64,000 nucleotides of DNA from an uncultured bacterium (GCA_963777505.1 CAVZQN010000003.1:480001-544000), one strand, 5' to 3'; positions 1 through 9,902 are shown, counted from the stretch's first letter. Program-made: numbers and translations. Notes: generated from the letters alone by a model not told the origin.

Positions 1-1
1 A

Positions 2-925
2 CACAACAAAATAAGTGAACAAGAACTAAAGGATCGGATCGATTCAGCGCGCAAAAAGCTATTTGATGTACGCGAAAAACGGATCCATCCATACAAGGAC
101 GATAAGATCTTGACTGACTGGAACGGTCTTATGATTGCGGCCTTTGCGCGTGCAGCACAAGCGATGCAGAAGCCGGAATATGCGGCAGCCGCTGAAAAAG
201 CCGCAACTTTCATCCTGGAAAAGATGAAATCCAAAGATGGAAATCTGATGCATCGTTACCGCGAAGGAGAAGCAGGATTGCCTTCGCATGTAGATGACTA
301 TGCTTTTTTTGTTTGGGGTCTGTTGGAACTTTATGAAGCGACATTTGATCCGGCCTGGCTGAAAGAAGCGATCGCGTTGAATCAGTATTTAATTGAGCAT
401 TACTGGGATGATGAAAAAGGTGGTTTCTTTTTCACTTCAGATCAAGGTGAAGAGCTCATTACTCGGACAAAAGAAGTCTATGACGGTGCGGTTCCTTCCG
501 GAAATTCCGTTGCAGTGCTTAACCTGCTGCGTTTATCGCGGATTACTGCAGAAACAGAACTTGAAAAGAAAGCGGATCAAATTGTGAAAGCTTTTTCGCA
601 AAACGTTAAGTCCGTTCCTTCGGCTCATACAATGTTGATGAGTGCTTTAGATTTTGCAATCGGACCCTCTTACGAAATTGTCATTGCGGGCGATCCAAAA
701 TCGCAAGACACAAGAAACATGATCAGTGAAATAGGAAAGACATTTTTGCCGAACAAAGTGATTTTGCTACGTCCGGAAGGTGAAATGCCTGAGATTTCAA
801 AGATTGCAGCGTTTACTAAAACTCAAAAAAGTTTGAATGGCAAAGCGACAGCCTATGTGTGTTTAAACTATTTGTGTAAGGCTCCTACGACAGATCCAGA
901 ACAAATGTTGAAACTGTTAAAGTAA
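2..925 (+). CDS. Thioredoxin-domain/six-hairpin glycosidase-like protein (YyaL/SSP411 family), 5' truncated by window
   Basis: Frame open from base 2 (HNKISEQ...REKRIHPYKDDKILTDWNGLMIAA); motifs DDYAF, YDGAVPSGNS and C-terminal AYVC...C..P typical of YyaL. Confidence 0.9.
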   Translation, partial: HNKISEQELKDRIDSARKKLFDVREKRIHPYKDDKILTDWNGLMIAAFARAAQAMQKPEYAAAAEKAATFILEKMKSKDGNLMHRYREGEAGLPSHVDDYAFFVWGLLELYEATFDPAWLKEAIALNQYLIEHYWDDEKGGFFFTSDQGEELITRTKEVYDGAVPSGNSVAVLNLLRLSRITAETELEKKADQIVKAFSQNVKSVPSAHTMLMSALDFAIGPSYEIVIAGDPKSQDTRNMISEIGKTFLPNKVILLRPEGEMPEISKIAAFTKTQKSLNGKATAYVCLNYLCKAPTTDPEQMLKLLK

Positions 926-928
926 TAC

Positions 929-1035
929 GGAGCGCAGGCTTCCAGCCTGCATTTCGGGCCGCGGACTTCCAGTCCGCAATTTTCTTGCAGGCAAGATGCC
1001 TGCGGCCCTTAATGCGGACAAGATGTCCGCGCTCC
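929..1035. repeat. BIME-like cluster of four REP-like palindromes (two forward, two inverted) between convergent genes
   Basis: GGAGCGCAGGCTTCCAGCCTGCA, GGGCCGCGGACTTCCAGTCCGCA, TGCAGGCAAGATGCCTGCGGCCC, TGCGGACAAGATGTCCGCGCTCC. Confidence 0.85.
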
Positions 1036-1042
1036 GATAGCC

Positions 1043-2587
1043 CTACCAGTTCTTGCCTAAGTCAGCGAATAAGGCTGCGTACAGTTCAATTCCATCCCAC
1101 AGATTTTGAAGGCGGAGATTTTCGTTGGCTGCATGTTGATTGTTGTCATGATTAGCAATCGGCAATCCAATTACCGGCGCATTGAGCTCATCAAACAGAT
1201 ACATTGGAATACTTCCGCCGAGCGATGGCATTTTGATGAGCTTGATTCCAAGTGAAGTTTCAATTGTTTTAATCACTGCAGTAGATTCGGGCCGGTCTAG
1301 TGAAGTTCGAGCTGCGGGATAACCTTCCTCCCATTCTAACAGGACAATGTTTCCGAACTGCTTTCTTTGATCGGTTGTTGGCGGAGCATCCACAATAAAA
1401 AAGCCTTGAGCGCGAATATGATTTTCAACAAGTTCTCGAACGACTCTGGGCCTTTGATCCGGGACGAGCCGGAAATCGAATGAGGCTTTTGCTTCCGTTG
1501 GAATTGCATTTGGAGCTTTTTCCCCTACGGCACCACCTTGAATTCCCTGAATGTTCAATGCGGGCATTCCGATCGTGCGCTCAACGAGTGAAGCATTGCC
1601 TGCTTCTGTTTTTGCAAGACCAAAAGTAACACGCAAATCCATGTCAGCTGAAGGTACTTCCGCAATCGCTTTACGTTCCATTTCATTGAACGGAATTACG
1701 CTATCGTAAAACTTAGGAATTAAGATCTTGCCATCCTTATCGCGCATAGTTGCGATCAAATTCGCAAGAAGCGCAAGTGGATTTGGTGCCCAATTACCAT
1801 AATGACCGCTATGAAGAGCGCGAGTCGGACCGTACACTGTCATGTCCAGCCCCATCACCCCACGCGCACCAAAGTAAAGTTGTTGTCTTCGCGTTTGATG
1901 AACTGGGCCATCGCAAAGGAACCAGACATCTGCTTTTAATAAATCTCTGTTCTTTGTCATCAAAGCAGGTAAGTTGGGTGATCCTGCTTCTTCTTCGCCT
2001 TCAAAAAAGAATTTTAAATTTACAGATGGTTGAATGTTTGCAGCTTTCAAAGCGTCGAGTGCAGCCAATATCGCAGAAATCGGAGCCTTATCGTCTCCAG
2101 TCGAGCGTGCATACAAGCGCCACTCCGGGTTCAATGGACCCTGAATTCCATCGATGGAAATTTCTTTGCTTTTTGGATCTCCTTCCCTTAACACCGGTTT
2201 CCATGGATCCCCAGTCCATTGCGAAGGATCAACAGGTTGTCCATCGTAATGAACATACAATCCAATCGTTTTTGCTTCCGCACTCACTTTCAGTTCACCG
2301 AAAACCGCTGGAGGTGTTCCTTCGTTCTCAAGCAAGCTGGCTTCAACACCGCGCGCCTTAAGCATCTCAACAATTTTGTCGGCATTTTTCAGAATATTTT
2401 CTGTATCAGAAGCGACATTTGGGATCGCTAGCAAATCGATAAATTCTTTCAAGATTGCTTTTTCATTTGCTTGCCTGTAACTGCGGACCTTTGACTGTAT
2501 TGAATCATCAGTTTGAGAACTCAATGTTTGATGTTGAATCAGACACCCAAAGAAAAAACTCATTAGAATAAAAATTCGAAATTTCAT
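1043..2587 (-). CDS. Secreted M20/M25/M40 family metallopeptidase/hydrolase
   Basis: HYDGQP, ARSTGDDK, EGEEEAGS, HSGHYGN, NQHAANEN motifs; start moved to MKFRIFIL (signal peptide, ATGA overlap with hemD stop). Confidence 0.9.
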   Translation of the reverse strand: MKFRIFILMSFFFGCLIQHQTLSSQTDDSIQSKVRSYRQANEKAILKEFIDLLAIPNVASDTENILKNADKIVEMLKARGVEASLLENEGTPPAVFGELKVSAEAKTIGLYVHYDGQPVDPSQWTGDPWKPVLREGDPKSKEISIDGIQGPLNPEWRLYARSTGDDKAPISAILAALDALKAANIQPSVNLKFFFEGEEEAGSPNLPALMTKNRDLLKADVWFLCDGPVHQTRRQQLYFGARGVMGLDMTVYGPTRALHSGHYGNWAPNPLALLANLIATMRDKDGKILIPKFYDSVIPFNEMERKAIAEVPSADMDLRVTFGLAKTEAGNASLVERTIGMPALNIQGIQGGAVGEKAPNAIPTEAKASFDFRLVPDQRPRVVRELVENHIRAQGFFIVDAPPTTDQRKQFGNIVLLEWEEGYPAARTSLDRPESTAVIKTIETSLGIKLIKMPSLGGSIPMYLFDELNAPVIGLPIANHDNNQHAANENLRLQNLWDGIELYAALFADLGKNW

Positions 2588-3729
2588 GCTTCCGACTCCA
2601 CTTTTACATCTTTTTCCAAAGCGCGAACCAGACCTGCAATTGTAAACTCCTTTGCTTGAACTGCACATGGCAATCCATGTTCCTGTAAAGTTGCAGCGGT
2701 GACCGGTCCAATGGATGCGATTCTTGTTTTTCGAAAATCCATTGTACCCAAAAGTTCTCCTGCGATTTCTACAAAATGGTTAACTGTTGAACTCGATGTG
2801 AAAGTTATATAGTCCAGCCTCTGATTGTTTAACGCTTGTATCAATTCATTTCGGCTTGATTCGGGAATTTCAGCACGATAGATTTGGACTTCATGAACTT
2901 TTGCGCCTTGAGCTTCAAGAACTTCAGGCAGAATTCTTCTAGAGCCTTCAGCTCTCGGAAGAAGTATTTTTTTTCCTTTAATTTTGCGCTTTATCATTTC
3001 TTCAGCAAGGCTTTCTGCTTGAAATAGCGGCGGCACAACAGCTGCTTCAATACCGCGCTCACGCGCTGCAGCGGCCGTTGATCTTCCGATGCAAGCGACC
3101 TGGAGGTTCTTAAAAATATTCCAACTTAATGACGATTCCCTGAAGACCTTGTCAAGGATAGTAACAGTATTGACGCTCGTCAGAATAAGCCACTCATAAT
3201 CGGCAATATTGCCGAGTGCAACTAGAAGCTCGGCTCTTTTCTGTGTCAGTAATACGATTTCTATTGCAGGAATTTCAACGACTTGCGCACCTCTCTGGAT
3301 TAATAGTGAAGATAATTCGTGGGCTTGTTTTTTTGCTCGTGTAACAAGAATTGTTTTTCCTGCGAGGGATCCTGCTTTTAAACGTGATAAATCCGCGGCG
3401 ATCAGCATGTAAACAAAATCGTCACGAATTCCTCGCACGCGCTGAGCGATCTCACCGGCAACACTAATGATTGCACGATATTTGTTGTTGGTTTGTTGAA
3501 GCAATGCGCATGGCTCGGCAGGCCCAAGTCCATTCATAATCAATAGTTCAATTGTTTGACTGAAGTGTTCCGTTTCGATGCGAAGCAATACCGGATCCGA
3601 AATCGCTACAATCGATTGCCATTCAATTTGATTGAAGTCGGAACCAACAAGATCTTTGATGTAAAGGCCTTCATGATAGAGTTCTAAAACTGCAGTAGAG
3701 ACGTTCAGATCCTTAGGCTGATGGATCAA
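2584..3729 (-). CDS. hemD: Uroporphyrinogen-III synthase with degenerate N-terminal CobA-like remnant
   Basis: GKTILVTRA, LILTSVN, FTSSSTV, SIGPVTA motifs; follows hemC with TTGA overlap. Confidence 0.9.
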   Translation of the reverse strand: MIHQPKDLNVSTAVLELYHEGLYIKDLVGSDFNQIEWQSIVAISDPVLLRIETEHFSQTIELLIMNGLGPAEPCALLQQTNNKYRAIISVAGEIAQRVRGIRDDFVYMLIAADLSRLKAGSLAGKTILVTRAKKQAHELSSLLIQRGAQVVEIPAIEIVLLTQKRAELLVALGNIADYEWLILTSVNTVTILDKVFRESSLSWNIFKNLQVACIGRSTAAAARERGIEAAVVPPLFQAESLAEEMIKRKIKGKKILLPRAEGSRRILPEVLEAQGAKVHEVQIYRAEIPESSRNELIQALNNQRLDYITFTSSSTVNHFVEIAGELLGTMDFRKTRIASIGPVTAATLQEHGLPCAVQAKEFTIAGLVRALEKDVKVESEA

Positions 3730-4643
3730 TTTGGTTTCTCATTCAGTTCTGCAAGTAGTTCACGTGCGCCTTGATTGTCCAGCTTTTGTTGCATTAAGGT
3801 AATGCATTCTTTTGGTAAAGGGCATCTGACGAAATCTTGTGCGATCCTTCCCGAACGAACTCCTCCTATAAACGCACGAAAAGTCCAGGCGCCACTTTCG
3901 AGACTTGCAAATCCGCCGATCGGTAAATGGCATCCACCTTCGTACAAAGTTAAAAAGCCACGCTCAATTCCTGATGCGATTGCGCTGACTGGATCATTCA
4001 GAGTATGCACCAATGCTGAAACTTTATAATTTTCCCTTGTTTGAATAGCAATTGTGCCTTGCCCGATTGCTGGAATAAATGCATCTTCCATCATGGTTTG
4101 CATAATCGATTCGTCATATAACTCCAATCGATGAAGCCCTGCAGCAGCCACGACGATTGCATCATACTGTCGTTCCCGCAATTTGCGGAGCCGTGTATCG
4201 AGATTTCCGCGAAGCATTTCAACTTTTAAATCAGGCCTGAAAAATCGTACCAATACCTCTCGGCGCAAGCTACTGGTTCCTACACGTTTGCCTGCTGGAA
4301 TATGCTGCAGATCTTCTTGTTCGCTTACCCAAACGTCTCTTGGATCTTCACGAGGCAAAAAGGCTTCGAGTGTTAATCCTCGCGTTACCATCGACGGAAC
4401 ATCCTTTAAGCTATGTACAGCTAAATCCGCTTCATCTCGCAAAAGTGCCTCTTCAATCTCCTTCAAAAATGCTCCTTTTCCTCCAAACTCGGAAAGCGGA
4501 CGATCATTCAGTTGATCTCCTGTAGTTGTAAACGTTTGAATTTGCCAATTGTGTTCAGGAAATTTTCGCTGAAGGATTTTTTGTACAAGTTCGGCTTGAT
4601 ACACAGCGAGCTTGCTTCCACGTGTTGCAATAATGAATCTCAT
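3726..4643 (-). CDS. hemC: Hydroxymethylbilane synthase
   Basis: IATRGSKLA, GGKGAFLKEIE, AVHSLKDVP, GTSSLRR, LRGNLDTR, GGCHLPIG. Confidence 0.97.
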   Translation of the reverse strand: MRFIIATRGSKLAVYQAELVQKILQRKFPEHNWQIQTFTTTGDQLNDRPLSEFGGKGAFLKEIEEALLRDEADLAVHSLKDVPSMVTRGLTLEAFLPREDPRDVWVSEQEDLQHIPAGKRVGTSSLRREVLVRFFRPDLKVEMLRGNLDTRLRKLRERQYDAIVVAAAGLHRLELYDESIMQTMMEDAFIPAIGQGTIAIQTRENYKVSALVHTLNDPVSAIASGIERGFLTLYEGGCHLPIGGFASLESGAWTFRAFIGGVRSGRIAQDFVRCPLPKECITLMQQKLDNQGARELLAELNEKPN

Positions 4644-4660
4644 AATTACAGTGTTATGTA

Positions 4661-4682
4661 CGGGTCTTAGACCCGCCCCTAC
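4661..4682 (-). repeat. GTAGGGGCG-type REP-like palindrome
   Basis: Reverse complement GTAGGGGCGGGTCTAAGACCCG between hemA and hemC; related copies at 18187, 30238, 30287, 36288. Confidence 0.8.
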
Positions 4683-4684
4683 TT

Positions 4685-5938
4685 CTACAGCCTAAATAAT
4701 TTTCGAATGAGTTCGATTTTTTCGAATCCGTCCGGCTGATTGGCAAGCTGTCGAAGTTCTGCGAATGAACTTTGAGTAAGTTTATTTGTAAGACTCGCTG
4801 TCAAAGTTTCCAGCGCTTCTTTTTGTTCCTCGTTCAGCGGACCAAGTTTTTTTAAGGCTCGCTGCAATTCGATTTCCCGAAGTGCGTCAATCCGTTCTTG
4901 AATTTCACGAATCGTAGGAGCAATATCAAGTGTCTTTAAACGATTCCAGAATTGATCGGCTTCGCGCGCAACGATTTCTTCTGCGCGAACGGCTTCTTTT
5001 TCACGTTCTTTTCGATTCGCATCTGCCACATTATTCAGATCATCAATATCGTAAAGAAAGATGTTATCGATTTCATTGATTTGCGGATCGACATCTCTTG
5101 GGACTGCGATGTCGATTAGAAACATCGGCTTATTTTTTCGGATAGCCATAGCTCGATGAATGTGTTCTTTACGTAGAATGAAATTTGTAGAACCTGTCGA
5201 ACTGATCACTATGTCAGCTTCCGCAAGACAATCGGTAAGGTCTTCAAATGGAACTGCCCGTCCTTTAATTTTTTCTGCGAGGTCGGCGGCATTTTGAAAA
5301 GTACGATTTGTCACAAGAATTAGCCGTATTCCGCGAGACTGCAAATGACGGATCGCATGTATACTCATTTTCCCTGCACCAACAATCAATGCTGTCTTGC
5401 CGTCCAGTTTGCCGAAAATTTTGGAGGCTAATTCAACCGCGACAGAACTGATTGAAACCGCATTGGAGGCGATCATGGTTTCGGTTCGCACTTTCTTTGC
5501 AACCATAAATGCGCGTTCCATTACTGTATTTAAAGTGAAGCCGATGGAACGATGTTGCTGAGCCAGTGCGAAGAATTGTTTCATCTGACCCAAAATCTGA
5601 GGTTCACCAATAATCATAGAATCCAAACTGCTTGCTACGCGAAAAACATGCTTGATCGCATCCGGTCCGCTGTGATGATACAGAAAAGGTTCAAATTCTC
5701 CACTAGAAACCCCACGCATATCACTAATGAATTGTACAAGGTGATTTCGTGCGCCTTCTAGCGAATCATTATTTGCCATAATTTCAAATCGATTGCATGT
5801 CGAAAAAATCAAGCCTTCCGGTACTTTGGTTTGCAACTGCTGAAGGGCATTTGGGAAAAGTTCATCGGGAAGATGAAGACGTTCCCGCAATTCTATCGGC
5901 GCGGTTTTATGGCTTAATCCTGTGATCGTAATAATCAT
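4685..5938 (-). CDS. hemA: Glutamyl-tRNA reductase
   Basis: GLSHKTAPIELRE, STCNR, SLDSMIIGEPQILGQ, GAGKM, DIAVPRD; start set at MIITITG. Confidence 0.97.
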   Translation of the reverse strand: MIITITGLSHKTAPIELRERLHLPDELFPNALQQLQTKVPEGLIFSTCNRFEIMANNDSLEGARNHLVQFISDMRGVSSGEFEPFLYHHSGPDAIKHVFRVASSLDSMIIGEPQILGQMKQFFALAQQHRSIGFTLNTVMERAFMVAKKVRTETMIASNAVSISSVAVELASKIFGKLDGKTALIVGAGKMSIHAIRHLQSRGIRLILVTNRTFQNAADLAEKIKGRAVPFEDLTDCLAEADIVISSTGSTNFILRKEHIHRAMAIRKNKPMFLIDIAVPRDVDPQINEIDNIFLYDIDDLNNVADANRKEREKEAVRAEEIVAREADQFWNRLKTLDIAPTIREIQERIDALREIELQRALKKLGPLNEEQKEALETLTASLTNKLTQSSFAELRQLANQPDGFEKIELIRKLFRL

Positions 5939-5939
5939 T

Positions 5940-6752
5940 TCAGAATGCGTGATACCCCTTAAAAAGTAGCGAGACACCGGCGAAAGAGAATAACATCAAG
6001 GCAAATCCCACGATTGCCAGATACGCAGCTCTTCGACCTCTCCACGCCGCAAGAAGACGGCCATGTATCAACACCGCATAAAGAACCCATGTAATCACGG
6101 ACCAGATTTCTTTATAATCCCAACTGAAATACACGCCTTGCACACTTCGCGATAAAGCCATTCCTGTGATAATTCCGAGAGTTAGAAGAAAAAAACCCAA
6201 CCATAGGCTTTTGAATGCTAGATCTTCAAGAACTTCCAGAGAGGGAAGCCTGTAATAAAAGAATGCAGGTTGTTTGGATTTCAACTGCCGTTCTTGAATG
6301 ATGTACAGGATTGCAAGAATGAATGTAAGCGCAAGCGCGGCAACACTCAGCACCATTAACGGTATATGTATGTATACCCACTCACCGCGTATTGCTGGTT
6401 CAACGGAGGGAGCTGTTGCTCCTGCCAGTTCATGAAAAATGAGCGATAGAATTGCAATGGGCAGAACGATAACTGCCACAGCTTCCATCGAATCGCGCCG
6501 TGCAATCAGCACAAAGAAAAAAACTGTAAGCCATGAAACAAGACTAAAAGCTTCAGAAAGTGTCGTTGCAGGAAAATGTCGTTGGTGAAGTCCGACAACA
6601 ATTAAATCGATTGCATGTGTGACAAGACCCAGCAATAGAAACAGATAAGCAGCTCGAGCCGTTTTTTCCTTCTTAAAGATGAAACGGATGAGGAAATAGA
6701 TAGCGGCAACACCGTAGAAAATAACAGCAAGGAGCGCTAAGGCATCTTTCAT
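5940..6752 (-). CDS. ccsA: Cytochrome c assembly protein (CcsA/HemX-like)
   Basis: Multi-TM; conserved His (YIHIPL), WWD-like SWDYKEIWS, GRRAAYL; typical position upstream of hemA. Confidence 0.85.
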   Translation of the reverse strand: MKDALALLAVIFYGVAAIYFLIRFIFKKEKTARAAYLFLLLGLVTHAIDLIVVGLHQRHFPATTLSEAFSLVSWLTVFFFVLIARRDSMEAVAVIVLPIAILSLIFHELAGATAPSVEPAIRGEWVYIHIPLMVLSVAALALTFILAILYIIQERQLKSKQPAFFYYRLPSLEVLEDLAFKSLWLGFFLLTLGIITGMALSRSVQGVYFSWDYKEIWSVITWVLYAVLIHGRLLAAWRGRRAAYLAIVGFALMLFSFAGVSLLFKGYHAF

Positions 6753-6755
6753 AGT

Positions 6756-6949
6756 TTAACTGCTTGGCTTCCGCAGGGGAGCAGAGGTGCCGGGGAGCAG
6801 GGGAGATAGAATTCACACTGACTCCAGCGAAACCCAAATAGATAATGTTTATAAGAATAATTATAGATTAATTTTCCCACAGGCTGGAATAACAGGTCAC
6901 CCCTGCGCCCCCGCTCCTCTGCTCCCCTGCTGGGTGGCTAAGCAGTTAA
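6756..6949. mobile_element. MITE-like element with about 50-bp imperfect terminal inverted repeats built from GCAGGGGA octamers, bounded by TTAA
   Basis: Left arm TTAACTGCTTGGCTTCCGCAGGGGAGCAGAGGTGCCGGGGAGCAGGGG; right arm reverse complement TTAACTGCTTAGCCACCCAGCAGGGGAGCAGAGGAGCGGGGGCGCAGGGG; AT-rich core. Confidence 0.55.
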
Positions 6950-6952
6950 TGG

Positions 6953-8347
6953 TTACTTTTTCTTCGTAGCGTCAGTGGGCTTCGTTTGTGGTGATTGTAC
7001 CTTCAGGTCAGCCAGGGCCTCGGCGATCTGCTTTGAAGTATGGCCTTTTACAAATACAACAGTATTGTAGGCATCGTTCTTAACTTCTTGCTGCTCGCCG
7101 GTGATTTTTCCGAAAGCGAGATGCCGCTTGGTCTGAGCATTTTGCCAATCTTTAGATACGAGAAACATTTCAAGCTCCGGCGGTGCTGCATCCAACGATT
7201 TTTGTTCACCGTATTTTTCAATCTCTGCTACTTCCAATTTTTCAAGCAGACTTTGGACTTTTTCATCTGGAACCGGACCTTTCGATGGCGAACTCATGTT
7301 CCATTGATCCTGACCACTTTTTCGCACAGCATATTCAACACCTTTATGCTTAATACGAATGTCTTCAACATCAAATCGATTGAAAACAATCAACTTCTTT
7401 TCACGCCAATCATCAAGTTTTTTGTCAAAGAAAGTCGTAAACGAATCCTGCACCATAGCTAAAGATGGGTTTCCAATTACATTTACATAAATCTGCTCGC
7501 CAACTTTATTTCCAAAATCGATTTTTTGTTTTAATCCCTTTTCAAGAGTGATTTCAACTGATGCCGATGGTTTTGCGAGTCCGATTTTTTCCAATCTTTC
7601 TTCTTCAGTAGCAGTGGCATCCGGTCCACTCGGATCAATGAAGTGTGCAGCACGCAAAAACTCGAGAGAAGATAATAGGGAGCTGACTTCAGAATCTGAA
7701 GCAGGCGATTCGAGAGGCTCTTTCATTTTCCATGCACCGGCTTCTTTATGAAACAGCATTCCCTGAGTCGCAGTATTGACTCGAACTGACTCTACTTTGT
7801 CGCTGCTGAATTCGGTAAGCTTCTTATCCCGTAGTTCAAGTAACGAAAGCGAGGAGGCGTCAGCTATTTCTCCTTCGATTGAATACACACGTGGATCATT
7901 ATTAATGCGCAAATAATTTACATTGAGAACCCGATTGCGAGCTCCGATTGATATGGTGTGTTTCTTGCCCTGTTTTGTCGTAATTGTGAACTTAGTTTCA
8001 GGATTGTCTAATTGATACTCTTTTAGATTCTTCCCTTGTTCATCAACGATGTCTTTGTACTGAATTTTCTCAATCGCAGAAACGATTCGTCCTACACTCG
8101 CATCATCAGCATGGGTTTGTATAGGAGCGGCGATGTCCCATCGATCTTTGCCCGAAGATTTTAAGCGGACTGTATCACTCGTACGATCGATCTGGATTTC
8201 AGATAGATCCTCTTTCTTTAACTCCAATAAAACTTTTTGTTTTTCTTCCTTTTCTTTCTTCTCTTCGGACCGTTTGGAGTCATAGTAAGCAAACCCGCCC
8301 AGAGCGGCAGCGATAAGTGCAAGAATCAATGTTGTTCGGAAACTCAT
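6953..8347 (-). CDS. DUF4340 domain protein (ABC transporter-associated)
   Basis: N-terminal membrane anchor; repeated W...P...AD...V..L and LRDK/WREK modules; last gene of the Gld-like ABC operon. Confidence 0.85.
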   Translation of the reverse strand: MSFRTTLILALIAAALGGFAYYDSKRSEEKKEKEEKQKVLLELKKEDLSEIQIDRTSDTVRLKSSGKDRWDIAAPIQTHADDASVGRIVSAIEKIQYKDIVDEQGKNLKEYQLDNPETKFTITTKQGKKHTISIGARNRVLNVNYLRINNDPRVYSIEGEIADASSLSLLELRDKKLTEFSSDKVESVRVNTATQGMLFHKEAGAWKMKEPLESPASDSEVSSLLSSLEFLRAAHFIDPSGPDATATEEERLEKIGLAKPSASVEITLEKGLKQKIDFGNKVGEQIYVNVIGNPSLAMVQDSFTTFFDKKLDDWREKKLIVFNRFDVEDIRIKHKGVEYAVRKSGQDQWNMSSPSKGPVPDEKVQSLLEKLEVAEIEKYGEQKSLDAAPPELEMFLVSKDWQNAQTKRHLAFGKITGEQQEVKNDAYNTVVFVKGHTSKQIAEALADLKVQSPQTKPTDATKKK

Positions 8348-8361
8348 AAGGATTTACTAAG

Positions 8362-9900
8362 CTAGAGTTTTTTGCGTTTAAGCCAGACCATTACGCCTGC
8401 GGCAACAATAATTGCGGGAAGCATGAGGACCAGGAAGAAACCAAGATACTTCATTTGAGTACTGTTCAGCATCATGACATCATTTTTTGAATCGCGTGGC
8501 GGCAGCTGAATTAGATTTTCTTGTTCCGTAAGCCATGCAACTGAGTTCAAAAAGATTCGGCTATTGCCAGGAATGCGCGCGAAATCGTTTTGAGCAAAAT
8601 TTGAATCACCAAAAATAACAAGGCGCATTTCATCAGATCGCTTTGTCTTATCTTCTTTATTTTCTAACGGCAGACTTACAAGTAACCCGACTGTTAAAGG
8701 TCCTTTTTTATCTTTTCCTTCATCAAACTTAGCGGTTGTTTTATCCGTTTCTCCCCAGCTGAACTGCGAAGTTTGAGCGAAAGCCGTGAAAGTCTCTTTA
8801 CCACCTTCGGCAGCTTTGTATTCAATGCTTTTTGCGAGCGCAAAAAACATGGGGAAGTTGAATTCTTTCGTCACGGCAGTCCCGGGAAGAGGTGTTACCT
8901 GTGGGACTGCAGGATCGGCCAGCGGAAAGAAGTATTGATCATCAACGACAATATCGTTTCCAGCAGTCACTTTATATGGTGCGAATATTTTTGTGACTGA
9001 AGGATCCGCCTGTGGATCATCCAAAACTAAAACTCTTCCGCCAGCTGCGAGATACTCACTGATTCCTTTTATTTCATGATCTAGAAGCGCACCCGACGAA
9101 GCTGCAATGATTAAAACTGTGCAATCATCAGGAACTTTCGGTTTAGATGCGAAATCTTTTAGCTCATTCACTATGTAGTTGCTTTTCTTCAACTGGTCAG
9201 CGATAGCGCTAAAACCGCGGCTATCCATTCCGGATATCTGAGGCTCACCATGGCCAGCCATGAAATAGAGTGCGACTTGTTTGTTGGATGTCACCTTTAA
9301 TATTGCGTTAGTGAGATCTTCTTCATTGGTGGTCGTAATTGTATGCTTGGTCCCTGCTGCCTCTAAGACTGTGGTGCCATTCGTATCAATTGCATACTGT
9401 TGAGTTAGCTGCTGATTTTTCAGTGGATCGATCAGTTTGATATCAAGTATTTTTGAGTGCGTTCTGAAGTTGTCCAGCAAATCTTTCATTTTTTGCCGCA
9501 ATCCATCTTCCTGTCCTTCCGCAAAAAATGCAGTGATCTTCACAGGCTGTTTCAAATTCTTCAAGGTTGTGACGGTCAATGGCGAAAGGCTGAATTGTTT
9601 ATCCTTCGTAGTGTCAAATTTGAACGGATGACGGTTGACTAGCCAGTTTGCAAGGACGACAATTGCCAGAACGAGAATAACCATCACAAGTGAATTCAGG
9701 CCGTACTTTGTCGATCGAGCCGTGAAAAATGTTTTTAGTTCCTTTCGTTCGAACCAAAGTGAAGCGATGAAGCAAATAACTCCTGCGATGACAGCATAGT
9801 TTGCATATTGTTGGTACTCTGGTTTCGAAAACTTGATTCCCAGAGCAGCAAGAATGAAAACTGCCGCAAGAATGAAACTAATTTTCTTAAACTTTTCCAT
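8362..9900 (-). CDS. GldG-like ABC transporter auxiliary component
   Basis: DTTKDKQFSLS, EEDLTNAI, GHGE, GDSNF, LNSVAWL, C-terminal TM; start set at MEKFKK. Confidence 0.88.
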   Translation of the reverse strand: MEKFKKISFILAAVFILAALGIKFSKPEYQQYANYAVIAGVICFIASLWFERKELKTFFTARSTKYGLNSLVMVILVLAIVVLANWLVNRHPFKFDTTKDKQFSLSPLTVTTLKNLKQPVKITAFFAEGQEDGLRQKMKDLLDNFRTHSKILDIKLIDPLKNQQLTQQYAIDTNGTTVLEAAGTKHTITTTNEEDLTNAILKVTSNKQVALYFMAGHGEPQISGMDSRGFSAIADQLKKSNYIVNELKDFASKPKVPDDCTVLIIAASSGALLDHEIKGISEYLAAGGRVLVLDDPQADPSVTKIFAPYKVTAGNDIVVDDQYFFPLADPAVPQVTPLPGTAVTKEFNFPMFFALAKSIEYKAAEGGKETFTAFAQTSQFSWGETDKTTAKFDEGKDKKGPLTVGLLVSLPLENKEDKTKRSDEMRLVIFGDSNFAQNDFARIPGNSRIFLNSVAWLTEQENLIQLPPRDSKNDVMMLNSTQMKYLGFFLVLMLPAIIVAAGVMVWLKRKKL

Positions 9901-9902
9901 TG

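Noticed and set aside
929-1035. Repeat cluster as a CRISPR array
   Set aside because: Units are in mixed orientation with 4-7 bp linkers, have no unique spacers, and no cas genes are present.
6787-6969. 60-aa plus-strand ORF
   Set aside because: Reads through the inverted-repeat element and overlaps the DUF4340 gene end.
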